From Vicugna vicugna (Eukaryota), in NCBI GenBank assembly GCA_013265495.1, contig MU057733.1, positions 1 through 64,000 of the forward strand: DNA of 64,000 bases, given 5' to 3'. The translations under genes were made by a program, and so were the position numbers. A model generated the notes under the pieces. It made no database searches, was not told the origin of the DNA, and saw nothing but the letters and a program-made list of their open reading frames with translations. Positions 1-13,617 of this stretch are shown in pieces (positions within the stretch are counted from its first letter, which is position 1; each line of letters begins with the position of its first letter).

Positions 1-1593
1 GGCCTTTTCAAAATGAAAATCTGGTCATGTCACATTCATGTCACCGGGAGATGGGGGAAGGTAAAGGATGTTTCAAAAGAGCAGTACTACCTGGCCCACC
101 ACCCCTCATCTCCAGCTCCCAGAGATGTCCCTGCAGCGTGGTCAGCTCCCTCAGAGGCTGGCCACAGAGCACCACGACTTGGGTTCTCCCAGGGCAGAGG
201 CATAGATTTATACTCATTGTTCCCTGTGATGACATTCATGAAGCCACCTGGAGATTATGTCCCTTATGTCTTGGAAGGAGAGGATGGAATCGCCAATTAC
301 CAAGAGAGTTTCTTGGGTGAACGGGTCATTTGGTCCCTTTGTGTGTCTCTCTTTGCCGCCTCATGTTCCATCCTAGAAGATCGAGCCCTCTGCTGATGAC
401 TGAAGAAGGAAAGGGTGGCTAATCCCCTTCCTCATAAGTTTTAAAAAATTTCTAGTCTATGTGATACGTTTCCCCTCCATAGCACTCCGGGTGGGGGAGG
501 GGCGGCAGGAATGGCATTCCCCTCCCCCACCAATACCATGCAGCAACCTCCAGTGTGCACCCTCAGGGGTCCGCTCAGGGCCACCTTTCCGCCAACCAAG
601 ATCACCTGCTGGAGCATCTTCATCCCACCCCACCCTTTTCTCCTTTCCACTCTCTGCCTTCTCCTCTCTCTACCTCCTACCCTTTGGCTCTCAGGGCTTC
701 CAGCCTGGGTTGTCCACCATTGTTGGCTCTGCTCAGTGGAGAAAGGTGGAAACTCTGGGTCCTGAAAAGGACTAGGGGCAAAAAGGCTATCATTATAGCC
801 GGGCCTCTGGATGAAAAACATACAAACCAGCCAACCTTACTCACATTGGGAAGGTCAGTCTCCTGGTGGAACACTTTTAGCACCTTATAATGCCCAACTG
901 TGTCTGTCTGCCTCCCAGTGTTGAGTTACAAATAGTTTTTTGTTTGTTTGGTTTTTATTTTTTTTAAGGGAGAGGAGTGGATGAGTTCATTGTGGGAAAA
1001 ATAAGATTTTTAAAAACCTTTGGTATAATAAGTTTCATAGAGGTTAAAACTCTTATCGTGTACTATGCTAAGCATATTCTGGAAGGACTTTTAGTGTCTG
1101 TTTACTTTCTTCACAATAAACTCCTCCGAGCTGGCTCTGTCTCCTTCTGAGCTCCCTGACGGAGCAGTGATGACTGCGCCGGGTCAGCTCCATGCCCTTT
1201 GGGATGCGAAGTTCCACACAGAAACGCTCGCTTTCACAGCTCAAGAGTTACTTCAATTAGTACATGGTCAGTTTCCAGTTCTCTACACTTGCTTGACAAC
1301 GTTCTTATAGACATAGATGTTTCTTTTTCTTTTTTACACACCATTCGTCTTGATGTCTGGGTTTTCCTTGGCCTTCAGAATATTTATGAGACCTTGATGG
1401 ACACAGCAGATGATGATTTTCATGGTTATTCTTTTTTATGTAAAAGGGAAAGATATTCTCAGGAGTAAAATCATATTTAGCAGTTTTAACAATAAAATAC
1501 CAACTCTCCAAAAGAGGGGAAACTAAGAATGTGGAAAGGGGGCCAAATTCCAGGAACAGAAAAGAGACCGGTAGGGTTAAAATGAGAAATGCT

Positions 1594-1727
1594 GGAGGGG
1601 AGGCTGTAGCTCAAGTGGTTGTGTGCATACTTAGTACGCAGGAGGTTCTGGGTTCAATCGCCAGTACTTCCTCTAAGAATAAACAAATAAACCTAATTAT
1701 CCCCACCACCACCACACACACAGAGAG
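1594..1727 (+). mobile_element. tRNA-derived SINE of camelid type (Vic-1-like) with target-site duplication
   Basis: A box (tagctcaagtgg), B box (ggttcaatc), A-rich tail; TSD atgagaaatgct at 1582-1593 and 1728-1739. Confidence 0.85.
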
Positions 1728-2194
1728 ATGAGAAATGCTGGAGCAGAAAATGAAGTTCATGTAAATGGAGAAAGCTTGATTCCTGAGCGCGTGAGACCTG
1801 GGACGTAAGTTTGCTGTCCTCTATGAGGCCGGGTCGTTGATGCTGGGGGAGAACTCAGAGCACCTGGAATCCCCTGGGCGCTTTACAAATATTGATGCTG
1901 GGCCCCATGCCTCCTACCCCATCCCCCAAGACTGGATCAGGTTGGTCTGGAATGTGGTCAGGGCGCCGACTGAGAGGTGATCAACCCACACCCCTGCTTT
2001 ATAAATGAGGACACTGAGCTCAGCGGGGAAAGAGCCCAGGATCACAGCAGGCTCGAGGCGGGGCTCAAACTGGCACCCAAGCCCAGTGCTAGCTTCCCGC
2101 CCCCTCTGGCCCTCTGCCCCAGCCCCCGACTCCAACAGGACCAGCTCCAAGCCTCACCGGCTTTCCCTCTCACTCCCCACCCTCACCTGCGCAG

Positions 2195-2325
2195 GTCGAT
2201 GTCACCGTGGTCGGGGCCTGGCAGCTGGTGGGCTTGAACGTGGACCCCGTGGTGTGCGGGGCGGTGGGGACGACGAGAAGTGCACATCCATGAAGGAATG
2301 TGCTAACTGCCCCTCCTACAATGAG
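2195..2325 (+). pseudogene. OTOF: OTOF-like exon ~9 (C2B), 1-bp frameshift
   Basis: VDVTVVGAWQLVGLNVDPVVC..G/DDEKCTSMKECANCPSYNE vs [44 protein letters not shown]; cag|...|gtcag; 131 bp. Confidence 0.92.
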
Positions 2326-4297
2326 GTCAGTGCCCTTGCCCTCGGGGAAGCGGCCTCTAAAGGGTGACCGGGGCTGAGCACTGGCTCATCGTGCCCAACA
2401 GGAGAAGCTGGGAGTCACGGGGCACAAAGGGCTACCAGCTGGGGTAACCCCGGCCCGCTGTGGTCCAACCCCCAGCACACTGATGCGCAGTGCCCTGTCC
2501 TCTGAACCCCTGGTCTGGATCCCAGCCTGACACTGGTCTGAGTGGGAGCCACCCTGGGAAAGGAACACTGCCCCAGGCCCTCCTGCGCCGCTCCCAGCAG
2601 TGCCTGTGAGTGAGCCCTGCTCCCGTGAGCCCTGCTTCCAGCTGCTTCCCAGGCCCGGGCCCTGGCCCGTGGTGGCCCCGGAACCATAGTGAGCACCTGA
2701 GATGTGCTGTGCCATCTCCTAAACTCTTCTAAGGGTGTCATGTCTTGTGATTCTCGCAACTGTCAGAAGTTGTCACCATCAAGCCCATTTTACACAAGGG
2801 ACATTGAGGCTCCTGGAGAAGGACCTGGCCCAGGTGCTAAACGACAGAGTCGGTTCCGTGTGCACGTGCTCCCTGCCCGCTGCCGTCATGCGTGCCTGAA
2901 CCTCTCTCTGCGGCGCGGAGACTGAGGCCTCCATCTGGGAAGGGCCATGATCACAGAGCATTATAGACAGAGGAGGGCCTGAACTGTCCAGTCTCTGCCC
3001 AGCTCTCTGCCTGCCACCCTGGACGGACACCCCAGACCGCACTGTGCCTCGGCTCCAGGGAGGGACCCATCGTAGGCAGCTCTGGGGAGGGAAGCCCTGT
3101 AGATGCCTGACACACATCGGACTAAGCCAGAGGTCACTGGCAGGGGGGCCCTGGGCCTCCCTTTTCTGGAGGGGCTTCCCGCCTGCTTCTCCTGGCAGCT
3201 CCAGGCAGTGAGGGGAGCCAGGCTGGCCCATGTGAGGCATCCTTGTCCCGTGCCTCAGCGTCTCCTGATGAGCGGTGAGGGCAGAAGGCACCATCTCCCA
3301 CATATGAGAGGACGTCCCTTAGGCAGCTGTGGGGGCCCCCAGCTGCGCCCCTTCGGGAAGAAAGCGCGCAGCCGCCCTTCACGGGGACCCGGGCTATGGC
3401 CAGGGCCTGGCCGAAGTGCCCTAAGTGACCACAGATGGGCCCTGTTCCTACAGCTGTTTTCCCGCAGGGCTGGGACCTCAGTGTTCAAGACGTCCCTCAG
3501 CCCCGTGTGGCAGCCTTCCCAGGAGCCAGGAACCTCAGGCTCCCATCTCTGACTTCATGTCAGGACGTATCCCTGACTGGAAAAGCCTCCAGCCCCAATA
3601 AGGTCTAATTTTCCCGAACAGCTATGGAGACGGGTGCCCACGGCCTTCCGTGGTTATCTGATAGTGGCGAGGCCATGTTGGGGTGACTGGAGGGCTCACC
3701 TTGCACTGGACCCACACAGCTCATGTTTCATTCAAATGCCTTCCTCCTTTCCAAGGACACAGAGCTGTTCTCCCCACTCTGTGGCTCCCCAGCAAACTCC
3801 TACTCACCCTGCAGGGCCTAGCGCAAATGTCCTTGCACTGAGCAGCCTTCCGTGCACTCTTAGGTCAGAGATCAGGGCATTCCTGTCTCTCTGACAGTAA
3901 TATTCCTGAGTTGCAGTTGATCCTTCATGTCTTAAACTGGGAGGCTCCTGGTCTCCTGCATCGCTGTAGCCCAGCCCAGGGACTGGCATGCACCTGGAGG
4001 GATTTGGTGACTCATTGACAAATGGATATTTACTCAAATGAAGAAACAGACATGCACGGGGCACCTGCTGTGCCCCAGGCTCATGCCTGGCTACGCGGGG
4101 GCTGCAAACAGGATACCTCCTAGTTCTAGCTTCGAATCTGTTTTCCAAACTTGAAATTTATATCCACTAAGACTATTTATTCTGCTCATCTTTGGACCAT
4201 CTTCAATGTATACCTGATCACATTTTTGTTCCTTTTCACAAACCCAAGTAAGTGATTTGTCCAATTTCTCTTTCCTCTCACCCCGAGCTCCTCACAC

Positions 4298-4453
4298 TCA
4301 GCACTGTGCATCACAGGATGTTGAGCAGCATCCCTGGCTCTACCCGCTGGACACCAATAGCAATCCTCCACTCAGGGGTAGCAACCAAGATGTGTCCAGG
4401 CATTGCCAGATGCACCCTAGGGGTTGAAATTGCCCCCAGCTGAGAACCAGAGC
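4298..4453 (+). mobile_element. MER20-like hAT DNA transposon fragment
   Basis: caggatgttgagcagcatccctggc...ccaggcattgccagatgcaccctagggg...ttgcccccagctgagaacc resembles the MER20 3' half. Confidence 0.7.
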
Positions 4454-6577
4454 TGTAAACTATCTTCCCATGATTCCTTCCAGCCCCGAAGCTGGAATTT
4501 TCTTTCCCTTTTCTTCTCTTTCTGGGGTAAGTTCCTCTTCCTGTTATAATATTCCCCTGGTCCCAGGGGTGGACTGCTTCCTGCTAATTCTCTGAGTTGA
4601 TAGGAGCCTGCCTGTGGCTCCGCTAAACATGATAGAGGGAGGTGAAAGTAATCAACATCACGTAGGTAATGACAAAGGGGAAGTCAGCTCCGGAGATACA
4701 AGAATTATGAGCGCAGACGGCTCAGAGTGCTAGCGGAGCCCCTCCCTCCGCCAGGGCCGGCACAGCTCCGAGGCACCCGGTCTGGCCTTGACCCTCCTGC
4801 CTGGCTGTCGAGAAGGGAGACCTGTCTTTCAAGAAGGGAGGCTCACAACCATCACTCTCCCTGAGCAACCTGGCCGTCCACAGGCCAGAGCAAGACCCGT
4901 TCTCTGTGGGTGCATCCAGTCCTGCCCACAGGCATCTTCCTTCTACCTAGAACCCCCCTCCCCTTTGTCTGGAATCATTCTCTCCCTATGTCCCAGAGGA
5001 TCTAGCAGGACACCCTCCCCTCAGCTTCACCGGCTCTGCCTTTTCTCTGCTTCTGGCTCCTCCTTGGCCTGCAAGGCCTTTCACTCCACAGAGCCTAAGC
5101 GGAGTGAGAACTGTCCTGCTCGAGGACAGGAGCTAGATGCGTGTCATCTGTCTGTCCAGCTACCTGCCCACCTGTCTGTCTGTCCGTCCAGCTGTGCCTT
5201 TCCTCAGTCCCCCGTACCTCCTAGTGACCATCCCTCCCTCACTTTACTACCTGCAGTCACATCTGCCCCACCCCCAGCTTTCCGGGAACTGCCCTCCCCC
5301 GGTCTCCACGGACTTGGCTGTTCCTAAGTTCAGGGTCCAGCATTGTCCCCTCTCCCTTGACTGCCCAGGTCCTTCCATCCTCTCGCTGCCCCCGCCCCGG
5401 GGACCTCCTGCCCTCTCCCGCTTTCCCCTGTCTCGCCAACTCCTGACCTCACTACCTTTCTCCCTCTGCCCACTGCTCAAGTGCTGCTGCTGCTTGGAGC
5501 CCTGTCCTGGGCCACCTTCTTTCCTAATTTCTTACCTACTCTCCTGGGGTGTCTCCCCAAGGGGTCAGGTACCATCTGTGTGTCTAATGCGTGGACCACT
5601 TGCCTCTCCAGAGCTTCAGCCCCCATGATCAGCACCACCTGGGCAGAGAGCTGCTACGCGCAGCACTTGGCATGCACTGTGCCCTGACATGACCTGGGCT
5701 GAGTGCTTGACTGGGGTCATCCCATTTAGATTGATAGCCATGCCTCCCAGCAATGTCGTGAACGGTGCCCCGGAACAGTTCCCCAGGGTGGCTCTGGATC
5801 ATTAATCCCCATGTCACAGAGGGGTAAACTGAGGCCCAGGAAAGAAGTGATTGGCCCCAAATCTCAGGCTTTTTGTCTCTAAAGTTGGCACTTTTACCCA
5901 CAATGCTCTAGCGTGAGCCTCCAGCAGCTGGGAGCAAATCCTCCTCATTTATTCCAAGCACTTGGGCCACATTTCTTCCACCTCCTGCCCACAAGTTCAC
6001 CAAAGCAGTGGGCCCTCTGCTCACTGCCCACACCCTAATTCCCAGGGCTGGCATGCTGAGGTCAGGAGAAGTTGGGGGAAGCTGCACCTGTGCGTGGCAG
6101 ATCCCAGTGGGGAGGACGGGTCCCAGCCATGGCATTTACACTGACAGCCGAGTAAGTTCATCCGTTCTCAGTTCTAAAGCTCAGCTTATTGTAAAAGTTA
6201 ACACCTCTCAAGTTGGGGTACAGCGTGCAGGCAGCATTGTACTTTAATGGCGATGTCTGTGGGACCCCGATAACCACAGTGCACCTTCCAGCACCTCATG
6301 TGCCTCGTCAAGCCCAGTACGAGACTCTAAGGTGGGTCATTGCCCCCACTTGACAGCTTACGAAGCTGGGGTTCAGAAGGTGTGTTGCTCAGGGCCACAC
6401 AGCTCTCAGCTGCGTCACGGTCAGCAGGGTCCAATGGTTCTTGCTTCTCCTGCTTATCCACATTTTGGGGCTCAGGGGACATGGCCAGGTTGCAGACAGG
6501 CGCTGCCAGGAGGGAGGGGCCCGGCACTCAGCCTCTGCCGGCCCAGTGATACCAGGTCTTGGGCCTTCGCCCTCCAG

Positions 6578-6640
6578 CACTTCATCTCTGACTTCCACGT
6601 CTCCCCTGATGGCATGTTTGACAGGATCTTCAAGACCTCG
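6578..6640 (+). pseudogene. OTOF: OTOF-like exon ~10
   Basis: HFISDFHVSPDGMFDRIFKTS vs [21 protein letters not shown]; 63 bp; ag/gt intact. Confidence 0.92.
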
Positions 6641-7059
6641 GTGAGGGGGGCACACTCCCTGTCAGGTGGCGCTCTTAGCTCCAACTGCACCTTTGTGCAG
6701 AATTGCAAAAGGCACCCCCTTTGGGTTGGCCAGCCACAGAAAAACAGACCTGCACCCAGACGCACATCTGAGCAAGCCGAGCACTGCTGGATTTGGGCCC
6801 CTCTCACTCCATCAGCCAGATGCTTCTGGAGAGTGTACAACCTTCTCACCTGTACCTGGGAGCCTGCAAATCACAGAAGGCAGGACAGCCTGATGCTAAG
6901 CCCCAGAGAGCCGCCCCTGCCCTGCTGGATGCCCTCCTGCTTCACCGTGAAGCTCAGGTCCCAAGGAAGAGTGAGGTGGCACCACTAGGAGTCAACCCTC
7001 TGCCCCATGGAAAGCCTCGGCCCCATCCCTCCTGACTGGCAGCTGGTTCTGCCTGGAAG

Positions 7060-7144
7060 GTGATTCACTCCAAGAACCTGCTGCACAGTGGCATCCTCGT
7101 GGGGTCCTTCAAGATGGATGTGGGAACCACGTGCTGCCAGCCTG
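7060..7144 (+). pseudogene. OTOF: OTOF-like exon ~11
   Basis: [28 protein letters not shown] vs [28 protein letters not shown]; 85 bp. Confidence 0.93.
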
Positions 7145-8579
7145 GTGTGTAGTCGCATGGCCCGGTCAGCGTCAGTGCACACCGCTCCGCGAGCGCGGGG
7201 CACGCTGTCCTTCCCACCCTGCCAGCCCCTGGTCTCAGCCTGGCCAGGACCGTGAACTCGGGTGGGGCCACAAGTACACACAGCCATGGGGTGTGCAGGG
7301 CAGCAGGGTGCCCTGTCTGCACACAAACACAATGACTACCTGCACCCAGTCTGCGGGGTTCACAGGAGCCCCACGGGGTGGGCAGCATTGCCCCCTTTTA
7401 CAGTTGGGGAGCCTGGACCTCAGAGCAGCACCCGGGCCTCCCCAGTCGCCCAGCTGGTCGGCGGTGAAGTTAGGCTTTGTGAGTCCCGACAAGGCCCCGT
7501 GGCCCTCAGCACCAGGTGCAGTGACGCTGGGCCCTCAGACACTTCCACTGACCACCCATCAAGGGGCCCAGGCCACCTGAGAACAGCCATGTGGGGCTGT
7601 GTCTACGGGATCCTGGGGCCAAACCTCCATGGGGTCGGTGACGGAACTCCGAGGGGTGGCCCAGAGGGCTGGCGACGATGGCTGGGCCAGGCAGAGAAAG
7701 TGCCCTTGGCCTGACAGACAACAGCTAAGCACATGGCCAGTCCGGGAACCACGGGCGCACAAGCTGGCATTGGGCTCCACCCAAGCCCTGCAAGTGGACT
7801 TGTCACTGGGGGTATAGTAAGGACCTCGTTAGCCCTTTGACAGTGACACTACAATGTGTGACTGTCACATCTGACCCTCACCAAGCAGTGAGGGAGGCAT
7901 CAGCATTCCTCCCCATTCTACAGAAGAGATAAATGAGGCCAAGAGAAGTTGTGTCTCGGAGGTGCCACTAAACTACTAGGTTGAACAAATTGGCGATTCC
8001 TTGTGGTTCACACTAGCAGACACGTGGCTGGTGCACATTATAACTATCATTCAGGCCAGGAAGCTGAAGTTCAAAACCCAAGATTATACACATAAAAATC
8101 ACAAAACCATAGAACATGGAAACTTCAAGAGACCTTAAAAACACCTAGTCCGATCTCTCTATGAAAGGACAGAAAGAATAAACCCACTCCCTCTTCAAAT
8201 AGCCTTTAACTTTGAAGGCAGATTTTATGTCCTTTCTGAGTCTCATTCTCCTTCCTCGCTAAATGTCCCCCAGTTCAGCCAGTCATGCGCACACCTGTCC
8301 ACCTGCCCGTGTATCCACTCATCCACCCACCCGCCTGTCCACATATTAATCCATCCTCTATCCATTTATCCATCCACCACCCATCCATCTACATTTTCAG
8401 CTGGCCTGGCAGCCCCCCACAAACCCTCTATCCGTCTCCCCACCCAGCCGTCTGGCTACCTGTTCCTATGTCTGTCCCGCAATCATCTGTTCCAGCAAGA
8501 ACCTGATGCTCTGGGGCAGCCTAGGCCACGGCCCCCTGCTCCTGAGGTGCCAGTTCCGCCACCCCACACCCCAGGGGCA

Positions 8580-8940
8580 TGACCGGGCCGGGGCTCGGGG
8601 AACGTGTGTCCTCTGGCCCAGAGGCAGGCGGAGCTGTGTCCCTAGGGCCGCTGGGCCCGACGGCCTGGACTCCAGGCGCCAGCACGGCGCTCTGCTCGGG
8701 CTGCGCGGCGGCCCCAAGGGTGGGAGCGGCCCGGGCTCGGGGCCCCGCTCACCGCCGCAGAGCCCTGGCTGCCCCGCGGGCCGGCTGTCCTGCCGGCCCC
8801 CGCACACGTCCCCACGGGGCCGAGGGGCCATGGGAGGTGTCACGTCGCCGTGGTGGGCAAGGGGGCCGACACCAAGCCACCCCATGAGGCCAGCCAGATG
8901 GACGAGGATGGCATCGAGGGGTGAGGCGCCCGTCTTCCCT
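8580..8940. other. Small CpG/GC-rich island inside the OTOF pseudogene
   Basis: Dense CpGs (gcgcggcggcccc, ccgggctcgggg) against CpG-poor flanks. Confidence 0.7.
8761..8920 (+). pseudogene. OTOF: OTOF-like exon ~12, strongly GC-shifted 5' half
   Basis: 3' half CHVAVVGKGADTKPPHEASQMDEDGIEG vs [28 protein letters not shown]; 160 bp; cag/gtgag intact. Confidence 0.88.
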
Positions 8941-9602
8941 GGTCCCTGGTGACCTGGCCCGGCCCTTCCAGGGTCACAAGGGAACGCCCAGGGTGGACCT
9001 GGCCCAGAGACTGTGCCCTCCCTCTGTCTCCCTCAGCCACACACTCAGAAGGACAAGCTGTCCCTGGAAGGAGCCAGCCCCAGTGTCCACGGACTCTCCA
9101 CACGGACAGAAAGGCCTGGGGCCAGGAGGGCTGGGTTCACAGCGGACAGTCAGAAATGACAGTCGTTTGACATCTGGACTTCTGTCTGTGAGAAGCTTGG
9201 AAAAAAAGGGGCAGATTCCCAGAGCTGCAGGATCTTGAGTCTACACCTAGGAGAGCAAAGCCATTTTGTTTTCTGTGCCAATTTTAACCAGCTGACAGTG
9301 GTTGTTGGGAAATATTCTGGGACCTTGTCTGAACACAGTGGGAGAAAGTGCTGGGATCCAGTGAGTCATGACTTTGGTGGGCCGGGGAGGGAGCGTGGTG
9401 GCCATGGGTGAGGTTTCTGTGTGGGAGACAAAAGATGTGACACCCAGCTAGGAAAGGGGACAGTGTTACCAGGATGGATCTCCCCCTCTGAAGTTTACAA
9501 AGTGCTTGTGTGTTTTCACCTGTTTCTCACACTCCTGGAAGGGAGCCTTATCCTACTCCTGGGAAGGGGCTGTTATTCCCGTCTTCCCGGCGAGGAAACT
9601 GA

Positions 9603-10148
<546 letters not shown>

Positions 10149-10311
10149 TGAGTGGAGGTCCAGCTCAGAGGAGCTGGGGGCCAGGCCAGTCTGGGCCTTA
10201 GGGATACCTCCCTGCCCCCAGGTCACAGAGACCAAGAGCTGAAGGGGGGGATACTGTGAGGGAGGAGGGTCTCAGAGGCTGGTCGAGGGGAAGAGTGAGG
10301 AGAGGAGCGTG

Positions 10312-10342
<31 letters not shown>

Positions 10343-10436
10343 ACAGCTGCTATGAGCCACACATAACACATATGTACCCACTCACCCGCAGACACACGCG
10401 CTCACACACACGCAAGCTCTCACCGCCTCCCACCAG

Positions 10437-10619
10437 GGCAGGACCTCAGTGCAGAAGAGCAGCTATGAGCCAATGTGGAATGAGCAGTGGTCTTTACAGA
10501 CCTGCCCCCAAATCTGCAAGTACATGAAATACAGACCTGGGACTCGGACAAGGTCAACGACGTGCCCATAGGTGCCCACTTCACTGACATGCTGAAGGAT
10601 TCCAATGATGGAGACAACG
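10437..10619 (+). pseudogene. OTOF: OTOF-like exon ~14, frameshifted, donor lost
   Basis: [42 protein letters not shown]; several indels; donor reads ctgagt. Confidence 0.92.
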
Positions 10620-11063
10620 CTGAGTAGCAGGAAGCTGGGGGTGGGGTGGGGGTGGGACTGAAGGGGCAGAGTCAGAGAAATTCCCACACAGGCCCCCACC
10701 ATCCCACACCTCTGCTGGAGCAGCAGTGGGCTTGCTCAGGGCTTTGCCAGCAGCCTCTGCCTCAGGGGAGGAATGAGTGGGTGGTCTTTACAGACCTGCC
10801 CCCAACTCTACAAGTGCACGAAAGTACAGATCCGGGACCCGGACAAGGTCAACAACGTGCTTATAGATGCCCATTTCACTGACCTGCTCAAGGTTTCCAA
10901 TGACGGAGACAAAGCTGGGTAGCAGGAAGCCGGGGGTGGGGTGAGGGTGGGGCTGAAGGGGCGGAGTCAGTGAAACTCCCACACAGGCCCCCACCATCCC
11001 ACACCTCGGCTGGAGCGGCAGTGGGCTTGCTCAGGGCTTTGCCAGCAGCCTCTGCCTCAGGGG
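10477..11063 (+). repeat. Diverged direct tandem duplication (~293-bp unit) covering the 3' part of OTOF exon ~14 and adjacent intron
   Basis: ggaatgag..gtggtctttacagacctgccccca....cagcctctgcctcagggga occurs twice (about 10477-10769 and 10770-11063) with many substitutions. Confidence 0.9.
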
Positions 11064-11409
11064 AAGGGTGGAAACTCAGGACTCAGCTCTGCACAGAGCT
11101 GCCTGGGCCTGTCTGAGCCAGGCTGCCCAGATTCGAAGCCCAGCTGCTCTGACAGTTAGAAGCTGTGTGAGCTTTGTATCTGTTTTCGCATCTGTGAAAT
11201 GATGAAATAATGACAATCATCTATGTGTGCATATATATATATGCACATCACATACACATGCGTACTGCCCCCTAGTACCTATCTGCAGACTTGTGGGGAC
11301 TTGGAAGGACTCACCCCGCCTAGGACCTGGGCACTGAACTGGGTACGGGATACAGAGCAAGGGAGGAATCCATCCTGTCCTCACGGTGCTCACTGGGGAT
11401 GAGGGAGAC

Positions 11410-11715
11410 GGATGTGCTACTAAATGCACAAAACCTGAGGCATGAGGCACAAAAGACCACACAGATTGTACGATTCTGTTTACATGAAATATCCAGAATA
11501 AGCAAATTCATAGAGACAGCAAGTCAATACGTGGTTTCCCAAGGGTGGGGGTAGGGGAGGGGGATGTCCTGCTGAAAGCTACGGGGTTTGTTTTGAGGGG
11601 GATAGAAATGTCCTGGATGGTTGCACAACCCAGTGAATACACTAAAAACCACTGAAATGCATACTTAAAATGGTGAATTTTATCTTACACGAAGGATACC
11701 TCAAATTTTAAAATG
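11410..11715 (+). mobile_element. Old L1M (L1MB/L1MC-type) 3' end fragment
   Basis: gaaatatccagaataagcaaattcatagagacag...gtgaatacactaaaaaccactgaa..cttaaaatggtgaatttta is a typical L1M 3' UTR. Confidence 0.75.
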
Positions 11716-12326
11716 CTGTAATGTTTTTTATAAGCTAGGCCGAACAAAAACCAAACAAAAGACATAAGGCAGAATTGGATCCATGTTTCGCATGAGCCAT
11801 GACAAATCCCAACGGGAGAAAAATAGTCGGGACTAGGAAATGGGAGGGCTTCGTGGGGGAAGAACGTTTAACAGGCAGAGGCAGAGAGGAAGGACCTTTG
11901 GAGAGGAGGGGAGGGGTCTGCTGAAGCAGGGGAGACCGTGGTGGCACGCAGCTATCCTTCAAGTGGCTTGTCAGCGGCCTGGGAGCAGGCACTGGGCAGC
12001 GGGCAGCACGACTTCGCGGCACAGACGTGGAGGTGGGTGTATGTGGGCGCCACCGCCAGCTCAGGCCCCGCAGGGAGTAAGGTGACACATGACAGTGCCC
12101 CATGCGCGTGAGAAGGCCACCCCGTCATGGCGCACAGCAGACACGAGCCCTCCCTGAGGCCCTTGAGAGCCTCAAGCCGCCCCCTAGGTCCTCTCTGGCC
12201 TCGGGTGACTCCCCGAACCAGGCATGAGGTCCTCAGCTCAGCAACCAGGAGGTGCAGGCTGGGAGCCCCCTAAAGAGATTCCCCCCACCCTGAGTGAGCC
12301 CCTCCACCCCCTGACCCCACCCGCAG

Positions 12327-12549
12327 GCGTGCTGCCCACGCTGGGCCCTCCTGGGTGAGTGTGTGCGGCTCCACACGCAACCACACGCTGCCCGACGAGC
12401 ACCAGGACCGAAACGAGGGCCTGGGGGAGGCTGTGTCCTTTCTCTCCCGCCTCATGTGGGGCCTGGGGGTGGAAATCCTGGACACCTCCAACCCTGAGCT
12501 CACCGGCCCCTTGGAGGTGCAGGGGGAGCAGGCCATGCCCATCTCGGAG
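12327..12549 (+). pseudogene. OTOF: OTOF-like exon ~15, 1-bp deletion
   Basis: [73 protein letters not shown]; 223 bp. Confidence 0.94.
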
Positions 12550-13011
12550 GTGAGGCCCCTGCTAGGGGGGGGTGCTCTGTGCTGTCCTACAGAGCCCCTA
12601 CTCAGTCCCCTTCCCTCTCCAGCAGCCTGGGCCCAGGCTCAGCCTGTGGCCACCCTGCCTGCCTCGGGGACTGGACCTCAGGATGAGACCTCCCTGCCCA
12701 GGAAGCAGTGTCCCCTTCCACTGCCTGTGACTGCTGTGCCCGGAGGTCCTGAGGTGGAGCCCTCCCTCTGCCCTGTTCCTGGCGGTGGCTGTCCTCGCGT
12801 TGGACAGAGCAGCCTTTCCCCCAGGGACATCCAGGCTGCGGGGCAAAAGGAATTGGACCTTCAGTGTCCGGGCTCCCAGCTCCACAGCTGGGTAGCATGT
12901 CCCCCACCATTAACCCCCAGGGCCTGTCTGTGAGATGGTAGTAGGAGGCCTGGCCGCAGGCCCAACATCCCGGCTAAGTTCTCAGGATGCTCTGAACCAC
13001 CTTCTCCACAG

Positions 13012-13119
13012 AGCTGCATGCGGAAGGTGGGAGAATTCTTTCTATTTGGAGCCTTTCTGGAGGCCTCAGTGATCGACTGGGAAATGGACACAAGCCCATC
13101 ACCTGTGAGGTCACCGTAG
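13012..13119 (+). pseudogene. OTOF: OTOF-like exon ~16, frameshift, donor lost
   Basis: [34 protein letters not shown] vs [36 protein letters not shown]. Confidence 0.93.
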
Positions 13120-13617
13120 GGGAGAGCTGGGCGCACAGAGGGGTCCTCAGGCCTGGGGGTGGTGCTGGGTGGTCACTGCCAGGCCCTGCGCCACAGCCCT
13201 GGGGGGAGGGGAACTTTGACCACTTCCCTCGCGTGTCCTCAGGGGCCCACACAGCACACAATGTCCATCCCTGAGTGCACACACGCCCCACCGGGTGCAC
13301 CTTAGCTCCGCCTAGGGCTAGGCTGTGTGAGGGGCACAGGCAGGGAAGAAGCCCCCCCGCAGAAGGGAGCGAGGCCTTGCCGGGTGGGCGAGGAGAGGGT
13401 GGGAGTCCGGGGCACTTCCCAGGCGGGACCTTGAGCTCAGTGGTCATCGGGGCCCCAGGGAGGTCTCTTTCTCTGGCTAGTGCTCTGTCCTGTCTGCGCT
13501 GGTTCCGACCCCAGCACCTGCCTCTTTCCCTGACTTTCCCTCTTCCCTCGCACAAAGCTCTGGACTGGAGGGCAGGGTGGGGACTCTAGTCCCTTGCAAG
13601 CCCTCCTCTGCCTCCAG

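Noticed and set aside
1..1520. Short ORFs at the left edge as a gene or ERV gag
   Set aside because: No recognisable protein family or consistent exon structure; origin left unassigned.
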